54,764 nucleotides of DNA from a virus. Lineage: Duplodnaviria; Caudoviricetes. This document shows positions 25,334 to 32,933 of the stretch, one piece after another (the first letter of the stretch is position 1; each line of letters begins with the position of its first letter). The notes beneath the pieces were generated by a model. That model ran no database searches. It was not told where the DNA came from and saw nothing but the letters and a program-made list of their open reading frames with translations. Location: IMG/VR virus record IMGVR_UViG_3300025769_012369, positions 1 through 54,764 of that record; one strand, given 5' to 3'. The position numbers were made by a program, and so were the translations under genes.

Positions 25334-25457
25334 GTCGTTTTGTCGTTGTCTTGTCTCCTGGATCGCCAGGCCGTGTTCCGTTGTGGAATGCCAGCACCTT
25401 CCAAACTTCCCCCGCTGTGCCAACCTTGAATTTGGGCAGTTCACTGTTCGCGCTCAT
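25326..25457 (-). CDS. Small hypothetical protein (43 aa)
   Basis: MSANSELPKFKVG...; fills the gap between genes. Confidence 0.35.
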   Translation of the reverse strand: MSANSELPKFKVGTAGEVWKVLAFHNGTRPGDPGDKTTTKRHE

Positions 25458-25797
25458 AGTTCTTCCCTTTCTCCGTTGCGACCAGCACACCGCACTTGTT
25501 ACCCGCCTCATTGATCCGCGTTCCGATTTTGATCACATAGCCGCCTGCTTTGAGTTGCGTTCCTATCCCGCTCACCTTGTGGGGTTCGCTTTCCATGACC
25601 TCGCAGAGTTCATGCACTGTCATGCCCTCGTTGCCCGCGCTCACTATGAGGCGCAGGGCCTGGCGGTTGCGTGCGACCAGGGTTTGCTTGGCCTTGTTGA
25701 ATCCGGCAACGCTTTCTGGGTTGCCGCGATGTTTGTTTTTGCAGATGTCCCGCTGCGCCCAGGCGAACAGGTCATCAGGTGGTGGTGTCGTTGTCAT
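25441..25797 (-). CDS. Winged-helix DNA-binding protein
   Basis: GMTVHELCEVMESEPHKVSGIGTQLKAGGYVIKIGTR wHTH pattern. Confidence 0.7.
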   Translation of the reverse strand: MTTTPPPDDLFAWAQRDICKNKHRGNPESVAGFNKAKQTLVARNRQALRLIVSAGNEGMTVHELCEVMESEPHKVSGIGTQLKAGGYVIKIGTRINEAGNKCGVLVATEKGKNYEREQ

Positions 25798-26218
25798 TGT
25801 CTTGTAGGTGCAGCACGAATTGCCACGCGGTTCGGAGGTCAGTCGCGACCAGGCATCTCCAGCCGTTGGCCTCCATGTCCGCTATGCAGTTGTGCTGCGA
25901 TTTTCTTGGTTTCTTCCCCGGTAGTTTGAACTCAATCGCGACGGGGATTCCCGCGACTGCGAAACAGAAGTCCGGCAGGCCGACACGTTGCCCGGTGGGC
26001 TTATCCGGCCTGCTGTAGATGTAGGCGATCCTGCGGGCTTCCAGCATCTTCTGAAACGGCTTGTGCAGGTCTTCTACTTCCCGCTGTGCTTCGACGGTCT
26101 GGCGCGGACCCAGGGCGTCAGGAGAGGGCACCCTGGGTGGAGGCACCTCCTTCTTCCAGGAACCGTCCGGCCATTCGTGGAAGCCCAGTCGCTTCAGTTC
26201 TTCAGCTTGGATTCCCAT
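25775..26218 (-). CDS. VRR-NUC-type PD-(D/E)xK nuclease (possible Holliday junction resolvase)
   Basis: GLPDFCF...AIEFKLPG...RKSQ...NGW. Confidence 0.8.
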   Translation of the reverse strand: MGIQAEELKRLGFHEWPDGSWKKEVPPPRVPSPDALGPRQTVEAQREVEDLHKPFQKMLEARRIAYIYSRPDKPTGQRVGLPDFCFAVAGIPVAIEFKLPGKKPRKSQHNCIADMEANGWRCLVATDLRTAWQFVLHLQDNDNDTTT

Positions 26219-26652
26219 ACGCGCTTTGCGACCTCACAGAGTTTGTCCCAGGTGCTACACAGCCAGTCCTCGGGGCGGTGGTTGCGTGCCGCGTATTCGA
26301 CAATCGGCTTGACGGTCTCCAGGAGTGCGGTCGCCTCGCAGAAGTGTTTCATCACGTCCGTGCCGTCGAAACCCTGGCAGACGAATACGTGAAAGCCGAC
26401 AATGCGGCCTTGCTTGCTTCTGACCGGGAACTGCATCCGGTCGTAGGTAAGGGTCTCGACTGGCTTGGCCGCGTCGTCGTAGGTCGCCAGCGTCACGGGC
26501 TTGATCGTTTCGTCTCGCATGCTGATTTGCTTGGTGCCCTTCTCGACGATGACCGGCTTCCCGTGGGCGGGGCCGAACATGCAAAGAATGGTTTCTTCGG
26601 TTTCGGGGTCTTTCGTCTTTCCAAAGCCGTCCAGGATTATGCTTCTACTCAT
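26194..26652 (-). CDS. Hypothetical protein
   Basis: 152 aa with the ACAAGACA leader; CMFGPAHG motif. Confidence 0.7.
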   Translation of the reverse strand: MSRSIILDGFGKTKDPETEETILCMFGPAHGKPVIVEKGTKQISMRDETIKPVTLATYDDAAKPVETLTYDRMQFPVRSKQGRIVGFHVFVCQGFDGTDVMKHFCEATALLETVKPIVEYAARNHRPEDWLCSTWDKLCEVAKRVWESKLKN

Positions 26653-27145
26653 TGTCTTGTGGTGTGTTCCATTCGCCAGGCCCGGCGATCAGTTTCAGGT
26701 TGGTGTGGTGGTCGCTTTGAATCTCCCTGGCCTCGCCCGGGTGGTCGTGAATCCATGAATGACACTCGGAGCATACCGGGAGCCAAAATCGTTCGTCGGA
26801 TAACAGCGAGCCTTGACGGCCGCGCTGGTGGTGTAGGTCAGTCGCCAGGGCTGGGGTGCGTCGGGCCAGGCCGGTCGTGGCAATCCCGATGGGCTTGCAG
26901 GCGCAGCAAAACCAGGTCTCTTTGAACCAGGCTTTCTTTTTGCGCTCATACTCCTGTCGGGCTTTCCGCATCCGGTCGCTGACCGGGTTGGGTCGCTTCT
27001 GCCTGGGGCGCGGTGTCTTGCGCCCTGGTCGGCCCCTGGGGGCGTTTGTCGGGTCGGTCGGCTGTGCCGCGTCCTCGATCTGTTTCCAGAGTGCAGGGGG
27101 GCGTTTCTCGCGGCGGCGTTGGATCGGTTTCGGCTTACTTGCCAT
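26645..27145 (-). CDS. HNH/Zn-finger-like protein with basic N-terminus
   Basis: CCAC...DLHHQRGR...LPVCSECHSWIH. Confidence 0.65.
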   Translation of the reverse strand: MASKPKPIQRRREKRPPALWKQIEDAAQPTDPTNAPRGRPGRKTPRPRQKRPNPVSDRMRKARQEYERKKKAWFKETWFCCACKPIGIATTGLARRTPALATDLHHQRGRQGSLLSDERFWLPVCSECHSWIHDHPGEAREIQSDHHTNLKLIAGPGEWNTPQDNE

Positions 27146-27557
27146 GCCAAGGCCTTTCCTTTGCCGGGCGAGTTTGCTTCAGGAAATACTCCTTTGTCTG
27201 CCTGGCCTGAGTCTGCTCATGACGGCGTTGCTGCTTGAGTTCGTCGCGCAGCATCCCGTCCACAAAAAAGTCGATGTCATTCATGATCTCCTGACAGGTG
27301 AATGCCGCCAATGCTCGGCGTGCAGCCTTGATGTGGATGCACCGAAAGTTGACACCCTGCACATGGATGCGGTCCTTCTTCGGCCCTTTGCGGAACTGGA
27401 AGTCCTCGCAGTCGCATTGCCCGTTGCCGTCCATTGCGATCAGGTCGACACGGTGTGATTGAGGGCGGGTCTGCGATTCGACGTAGTAGACCATCTTCTC
27501 GCCAGCAATCGGTGTCACCTCCAGGGGCGACTTGGCTTCCTGTAGGTTTATTTCCAT
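27135..27557 (-). CDS. SWIM-type Zn-finger protein
   Basis: CDCEDF...CIHI (CxC...CxH). Confidence 0.7.
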   Translation of the reverse strand: MEINLQEAKSPLEVTPIAGEKMVYYVESQTRPQSHRVDLIAMDGNGQCDCEDFQFRKGPKKDRIHVQGVNFRCIHIKAARRALAAFTCQEIMNDIDFFVDGMLRDELKQQRRHEQTQARQTKEYFLKQTRPAKERPWHGK

Positions 27558-28093
27558 GCCACGGTGACGTTGATTACTCGACCGCTGTTCCGGCCCATTG
27601 CCTGGAACAAAACGTCCAGGGATGTCGGAAGGGCTGGCGCACGTTCAGCGTCGTCCATGCGCGACCGATAGATGCGCGGGACGGACAGCTCAAACGTGGT
27701 GCTGGTCTCGTCGTCGGATTGCTGCACTTCAAACACTCCTTCCTGCTTGAGCACCTGGCTTGCCAGGCGTTGAAGCAGATCGCGGAACGGGGCCGCATCG
27801 AACTCGGGGTCCGGTTGAAACGGGGCCTTGGTCTTCGGTGTCTTGTCGTCCGGTGTTATCAGCTCGTAAACGACTGCCCGGCCGGTTCCCATTGCCATGC
27901 GTTCCAGCAGGTAGCGCACGGCCTTGAAGGTCGCGCTCCGTTTACCCAAGAGCTTTCCAAAGTCCGCGGCGTTCATCCTGATCGTGAACTTGGTGGTCGC
28001 CCTCCCGATGTCCGCTTCGTCGATTATCAGGTCGTCGTCGTAGGTCACCAGGTGCCCGATGATTTCTTCAATGATTTCTCTTATCTTGTTCAT
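27548..28093 (-). CDS. KhpA-like KH-domain RNA-binding protein with a second degenerate repeat
   Basis: IREIIEEIIGHLV...FTIRMNAADFGKLLGKRSATFKAVRYLL...GRAVVYELI follows the KhpA (UPF0109) pattern; the second half repeats the same topology. Confidence 0.72.
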   Translation of the reverse strand: MNKIREIIEEIIGHLVTYDDDLIIDEADIGRATTKFTIRMNAADFGKLLGKRSATFKAVRYLLERMAMGTGRAVVYELITPDDKTPKTKAPFQPDPEFDAAPFRDLLQRLASQVLKQEGVFEVQQSDDETSTTFELSVPRIYRSRMDDAERAPALPTSLDVLFQAMGRNSGRVINVTVAWK

Positions 28094-28130
28094 GTGTTGT
28101 TTCCTATCAGTTTGCACTGAGTTGTTCAAG

Positions 28131-28155
28131 GAGCCTGGGGAAAACCCCCAGGCTC
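28131..28155. promoter_or_regulatory. GC-rich hairpin between genes, no clear U-tract
   Basis: GAGCCTGGGG-AAAAC-CCCCAGGCTC, a perfect 10-bp stem upstream of the KH gene. Confidence 0.5.
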
Positions 28156-28163
28156 CGCGCTGT

Positions 28164-28580
28164 TCAGTCCTCCTCCAGTTCTTGCTGTTCGCCCTTGGGG
28201 CCGTCGTCGGCGTCGAAGGGCAGCTCGGTCTGGTTGGGGTCCGGCACCTTGACATCGAACTTCTCTCCAAACGCTTCGGAGTAGCCAATGCGCCCGGTGA
28301 TCTCGGGCGGGGTGTTCATCCGGTCCACCTTGATGCTGAACCCAATGTTGATCGCCTTGGTCTCGGTCCGGTTACAGATCGTGTTTATCTTCGGATAATG
28401 GGCCGCAAGAGACTTGCTGGCCTGCTGGATCGCCGTCGCGTATTCAAGGACGATCCATTCGTTCTCACTGAGCTTGGCTGGCAAGGCCTGCTGGGCGATG
28501 GCTTTCCAAAGGTCCATCGTTCCCACGTCTACATTTATCGCGTTGTGCGGTGCCTGATTCTGTCTGTTGCGTTTTGCCAT
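28164..28580 (-). CDS. Hypothetical protein with acidic C-terminus
   Basis: MAKRNRQNQAP...DPNQTELPFDADD; A/C-rich leader. Confidence 0.7.
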   Translation of the reverse strand: MAKRNRQNQAPHNAINVDVGTMDLWKAIAQQALPAKLSENEWIVLEYATAIQQASKSLAAHYPKINTICNRTETKAINIGFSIKVDRMNTPPEITGRIGYSEAFGEKFDVKVPDPNQTELPFDADDGPKGEQQELEED

Positions 28581-28634
28581 GTGTCTTGTCGTTGTTGTTG
28601 TTCTATGCGATTGGCCGAGATGCACTGCGCGTCC

Positions 28635-29513
28635 CTATCTGCCAAAGTATTCACCCCGCGTCTCTGCTCGGCGGGACTTGCCCTTGAAGTCCAGCAGGTG
28701 CGCCGATGCTCGAAAGCGGTCGGCCATGCGTGCCCCGATTGCTTCGGCAAGCTCTGCCCTGTTCAAGTTGGTGGTCAGCACGGTCTTCATTCGGTGGCCG
28801 TGCCGGTAGTCGAGGATTTCATGAATCAGTGGCAGCTCGTCGCGGTAGCCTCCCCCGGTGCCAACGTCATCGAGCACCAGCAACTTGGTCTGCTTGAAGG
28901 TGTCGACAATGTTCTGGCTTTTGCCGGTCCCATAGTTCGCCCTGATCTTGCTCAACAGCTCGGTTTGGGTGCGGAACGTCCCGCCTCGGAACTCGCGCAT
29001 GATGCACACGGCGGCGAAGGATTTCCCGTTCCCGTAGATCGGGCCGGACAATACCAGGAACCCGGCGCGGCCGGTGGCGAATTTCTTGCAATGCTCCAAC
29101 AGCTTGGCCTCGTCCACGTCCCGGCTTTTCCAGGTCTCCCAGGACGCGCTTGCCAGGATCTCGGGAACCCCGCATCGGATCAGCCATGCGTTGCGCTCCT
29201 TGGCCTTCTGCTCCTGCTGGCAAAGCTCGCACGGTAGGTGAACGATCCTCACCCGGTCCCCGGCCTCCCTGGTCTGCAGGACGGATTCCCGGTCGTTGAT
29301 GCTCCTCATTTGTCCAGGGTGCTTGTTGCACTCCTTCTTCACCAGGCCGTGCTGACCCGCGACTCGGTAGATCGTTTCGAGTTCGTGGCGGCTTCGTTCA
29401 GCAATCGCGTTGAGTCTGCCCAGGGCTTCCTCCAGGGATTCACTGACCGGCTCGGGGTCCGGTGTGGGCTTGTTTGGCTGTGGATCAGGTCCAGGCGGTT
29501 GAGTCGTGTTCAT
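28635..29513 (-). CDS. DnaC/IstB-like AAA+ helicase loader
   Basis: CNKH...CELC Zn motif, Walker A SGPIYGNGKS, Walker B LLVLDDVG, TTNL, RMADR; follows the replication initiator. Confidence 0.88.
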   Translation of the reverse strand: MNTTQPPGPDPQPNKPTPDPEPVSESLEEALGRLNAIAERSRHELETIYRVAGQHGLVKKECNKHPGQMRSINDRESVLQTREAGDRVRIVHLPCELCQQEQKAKERNAWLIRCGVPEILASASWETWKSRDVDEAKLLEHCKKFATGRAGFLVLSGPIYGNGKSFAAVCIMREFRGGTFRTQTELLSKIRANYGTGKSQNIVDTFKQTKLLVLDDVGTGGGYRDELPLIHEILDYRHGHRMKTVLTTNLNRAELAEAIGARMADRFRASAHLLDFKGKSRRAETRGEYFGR

Positions 29514-30303
29514 TGTCGTTGTCGTTGTCGTTGTCGTTGTCTTGTGGTGTTGCAGTGTGGGTAATGGCTGTCGGGAAATCAAGTTTCAGTTTCCTGACGT
29601 TGGTTAGAAACCCCGCAATGCTGATTGAATTGTCGATGTGGATCGGGCACCGGCTCTTGTTGGTTCTTCGACGCGACCAGGCCAGTTTCGCGAGTAGGAT
29701 CAACTCCCCCGGTGGGGTGGTGTTGCGCTTGAAGTAGATCGCGGCCTGTCCCGCGTCCTTGCCGTCGACATCGTAGGCCTGGCCCTGCTTCTCCAAGTAT
29801 GCGTCCACCCACATGCCGATGAACTCCTTCGCTCGCCCTTGGGCGGGCGGTTCCTTCTTATTACTGGTTCCCTCATTCTTATTAACATGATGTCTCGCAA
29901 GATGTGGTTTTTTCACGATGTCGGTCTCCAGATCGTGGATTTCAACATCTGGTTTTTTCGCCGTCTTGATGTAGATCGGTGAGTCGCTGACCAGGTAGAC
30001 CCAGCGGACGATTTTGCCTCCATCCTCCTTCTCCTTGGTCAGCTTGATGTAGCCCGCGTCCCGTAGTTCCTGGATGGTCTTTCGGGCGGTGTGTTCCTTC
30101 ACCTTGCTGCGCTTGCAGATGTCGGTCACGTTCATGCGCCAGTTCCCCGGCTTGCCCAGCAGGTAAGCCATAAGGCCCTTCGCCTGCAAAGATAGCTCTG
30201 GGTTTTCGGTGATGGTCTTCGGTACGCGTGCGAACGGGTCTTCGCTGCGCTTGTCGATCCTGATTGTCGATTGACGGTCTTTCTCGGCTGTGCTCTTGTT
30301 CAT
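29485..30303 (-). CDS. Phage replication initiator (N-terminal wHTH)
   Basis: FARVPKTITENPELSLQAKGLMAYLLGKPGNW...IQELRDAGYI; upstream of the DnaC-like gene. Confidence 0.8.
   Translation of the reverse strand: MNKSTAEKDRQSTIRIDKRSEDPFARVPKTITENPELSLQAKGLMAYLLGKPGNWRMNVTDICKRSKVKEHTARKTIQELRDAGYIKLTKEKEDGGKIVRWVYLVSDSPIYIKTAKKPDVEIHDLETDIVKKPHLARHHVNKNEGTSNKKEPPAQGRAKEFIGMWVDAYLEKQGQAYDVDGKDAGQAAIYFKRNTTPPGELILLAKLAWSRRRTNKSRCPIHIDNSISIAGFLTNVRKLKLDFPTAITHTATPQDNDNDNDNDNEHDSTAWT
29514..29545 (-). repeat. (GACAAC)n hexamer repeat in the initiator/DnaC overlap
   Basis: Minus strand ACAA-GACAAC x4-GACA-ATG; encodes DNDNDNDNDN in the initiator and forms the leader of the DnaC-like gene. Confidence 0.9.
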
Positions 30304-30333
30304 GTGTCAGTGCGATGTGTGTTTCAGTTGAAG

Positions 30334-30368
30334 CCCCGGCAGGTGGACACCCTGCCGGGGTCTTTTTT
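30334..30368. terminator. Hairpin with the T-tract on the plus strand (antisense or bidirectional terminator)
   Basis: CCCCGGCAGG-TGGACAC-CCTGCCGGGG-TCTTTTTT on the plus strand, between the sulfotransferase and initiator genes. Confidence 0.55.
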
Positions 30369-31191
30369 ATAGAGCCAGGGCTTTCAGTTCTTCGTAAGTG
30401 TCCCGGCAACCTTCTTCGATGATGTTGTTCAGTTCCCCGGCCCTCCCGATGTTGGCCTGGTCCTCGCGCACCAGGCTGATTGCCCGGCCAATGTGTTTCG
30501 GGTCCACTGGCGGCATCCCGGCGCACTTGTCCACAATGTTAAAAAGTTGGGGAATAACTTCCTCCGGTCGGGCGACCAGGCGTTCCAGGCAGACGACGGA
30601 CCCGCCCTGGCTCCGGTGATCGCGAACGGTGCGCTTCCAGAGCTTCACAAAGTCCTCGGGGCTTGATGCGCCCCAGTAGCGTTGCCTCATGGAGTCGAAC
30701 ACGTCCTGCGGATCTCGGATGCAGAACAGCACCTGCGCCCCCTTCCAGAGTCTGAATACCCGGTCGCGTTCGTGGACCAGGCCCGGCTGCTTCTCGGCAA
30801 AGATGCTGCACCCGTTGGTTAAGGCCCAACCGCCCAGAATCGCCTCGGCGAATCGTCGGACCACACCCTGGCGGCTGGGTTCGTGTTGCGTGCAGTGCAA
30901 CCAGGTGGATTGCAGCCTCTCCTTGGTGAAATAGGCCGCAGGGTCTCCCAGCATGTTGAACGGGTCTGTGACGCATTTGGAGAGCTTTTCGGCCCAGTGA
31001 ATGCCCAGGATGGTGTCGAACACATCCGCAGGTTCCTCGCCGCGTTCCCAGCCCGTCAGGGACCAGTTGCTGCCGAAGATCAGTCGCGCTTCGTTGAAGG
31101 ATGCGACACGCGGGTGCGCTCCCAGGATGCGAGCAACGAGAGACGTTCCGCAACGTCCCGTGCCCCCGGTGAAAATGGGTTTCGTGATCAT
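30367..31191 (-). CDS. PAPS-dependent sulfotransferase-family protein
   Basis: PIFTGGTGRCGTSLVARILGAHP (5'-PSB loop), EKQP, IRDPQDVFDS (3'-PB motif), LERLVARPE; ATGA-coupled to the helicase. Confidence 0.82.
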   Translation of the reverse strand: MITKPIFTGGTGRCGTSLVARILGAHPRVASFNEARLIFGSNWSLTGWERGEEPADVFDTILGIHWAEKLSKCVTDPFNMLGDPAAYFTKERLQSTWLHCTQHEPSRQGVVRRFAEAILGGWALTNGCSIFAEKQPGLVHERDRVFRLWKGAQVLFCIRDPQDVFDSMRQRYWGASSPEDFVKLWKRTVRDHRSQGGSVVCLERLVARPEEVIPQLFNIVDKCAGMPPVDPKHIGRAISLVREDQANIGRAGELNNIIEEGCRDTYEELKALAL

Positions 31192-32864
31192 ACCGCCGTG
31201 CCCCCCTTGCTGACGCCGCCCGGGATCAGTTCCCAAAGGTAGCGGCTCGGCTCGACCGGCTCGGGCACTCCTCGACGGTATAGGGGCGGGCGGTTCGCGC
31301 AATAGGAAACATGCAACGTCTCCCTGGCCCTGGTCACGGCGACGTAGGCCAGCCTTCGCTCCTCCTCAACGTCCAGGCCCTTGCGGGTGCCGGGGATGAT
31401 GTGGTCCTCGAAACCCATCACCCAGACATGGTCCCACTCCCGGCCCTTCGCGCTGTGGATAGTGGTCACGGTGACGCCTTCCCCGGTTTCATCCTCATGA
31501 AACAGGTCGGCCGCTACCGCGACACCCAGCTCGCCCACGGTCTGAATCTCGGGCATGTCCTCCAGCATGGCGGCAAACAACTCGCAGGACTCGACTCCGA
31601 CGCCCAGGTTGACCGCCATGAGTTCCGGCACGTCTGCAGGTTTGGAGTCGTAGGGCAGGTTCCAGCGGCTTTGATTGATCGAAACGCCGTTGTAGGCGGC
31701 ATTCTGTGCGACCCTCGCGGCCTCTGCGGGTCCGTCCGTCTTCTCGATGATCATGCGAGCGATCGTATCGTTGAACGGATTGGCGATCAGCATCAGGCAC
31801 TGGCGGGCGAATGCCCAGTCTTCCGGCACCGGCTTCAGTTCCTTGGTGTTGATCGGAATCCCGACGCCGCCCAGGAGGTCGGTCAGCGACTCGCGCAGCT
31901 TGTTGATCCGAACCAGAATGGCCACCTCGGACGGGTTGGGGTTCTGGGATTGAAACCATTCGACGAACTGGCCCATCTCCTCGGCCGGTGTTTTGGCGGG
32001 CGGGCACACATGCACATGGCCAGCGGTGCCCGTCATGCTTTCGGTCTGCTTGCTGAAGCGGTTGACGTTGTTCTCGATCAGAGTCTGCGCTGACAGGCAA
32101 ATCTGACGACCGCTCCGGTGGTTGCCCTGAATGAGCAACGGCGGGGTCAGGTCGGCCTCGCGCAGAATGAGATGCGCCTTGCCGCCTCGGAACGAATAAA
32201 TGGCCTGGTCGGGGTCGCCGACCATGAACAGCCGCGAGTGGATCGCAAGGGCGTTGTAGATGTCGAAATCCAGATAACCGGAGTCCTGCACCTCGTCGAC
32301 CATGAGGACATCTGCCCCAAGGTGGAAGCCGCGCACGGCCAGGGTCTTGGCGTATTTCAACATGCTGTCGTAGTCCAGAAGGTTGTTGTCCCGCAGGCTC
32401 CCGTAGAAGGCTCCCAGGACGGCGTTCTCTTTCGACCGGCTCACTTCCTTGTGAGTGGGGTCGAACCGTTCGTCGGCTTCCTTCAGGGCCTTCTGGGAAC
32501 CGCGATACTTGAGGCGTTCCGCGCACTGCTTCAGGAGTAGCTTTGACATTTCCTCGTCTATGATGCCCAGCGGGGCCGTGCTGAATCCGACCTCGGTGCG
32601 GTAGAGGTCGATTAGTCGGAAGGCCATGCCGTGCAGGGTGCCCACGTATCCCGGCTTGATTTCGCCCAGACGCTTGCGGACCTCCCTGGCCGCTGCGTTG
32701 GTAAAGGTCACAATGTGGATGCCGCTCGGGGTGTAGCCGTTCTCGACCAGGTGCCGCACCTTGGCGATCAGGGTGTGCGTCTTCCCGCTACCAGGGCCAG
32801 CAATGACCAGGGCGCGGCCGTCGTTGTTGTTCACAACATGTTGTTGTTCAGTCGTCAGTTTCAT
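31188..32864 (-). CDS. UvrD/Rep/PcrA-like SF1 helicase
   Basis: AGPGSGKT, TFTNAAA, VDEVQD, VGDPDQAIYSFRG, NHRS, TIHSAKGREW, EERRLAYVAVTRA. Confidence 0.95.
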   Translation of the reverse strand: MKLTTEQQHVVNNNDGRALVIAGPGSGKTHTLIAKVRHLVENGYTPSGIHIVTFTNAAAREVRKRLGEIKPGYVGTLHGMAFRLIDLYRTEVGFSTAPLGIIDEEMSKLLLKQCAERLKYRGSQKALKEADERFDPTHKEVSRSKENAVLGAFYGSLRDNNLLDYDSMLKYAKTLAVRGFHLGADVLMVDEVQDSGYLDFDIYNALAIHSRLFMVGDPDQAIYSFRGGKAHLILREADLTPPLLIQGNHRSGRQICLSAQTLIENNVNRFSKQTESMTGTAGHVHVCPPAKTPAEEMGQFVEWFQSQNPNPSEVAILVRINKLRESLTDLLGGVGIPINTKELKPVPEDWAFARQCLMLIANPFNDTIARMIIEKTDGPAEAARVAQNAAYNGVSINQSRWNLPYDSKPADVPELMAVNLGVGVESCELFAAMLEDMPEIQTVGELGVAVAADLFHEDETGEGVTVTTIHSAKGREWDHVWVMGFEDHIIPGTRKGLDVEEERRLAYVAVTRARETLHVSYCANRPPLYRRGVPEPVEPSRYLWELIPGGVSKGGTAV

Positions 32865-32933
32865 TGTCTTGTCTTGTTGTTGAAAGGGCCGGGAGCGTGA
32901 ATGCCCCCGGCCCAGGTTGTGGTTGATGGTGGA

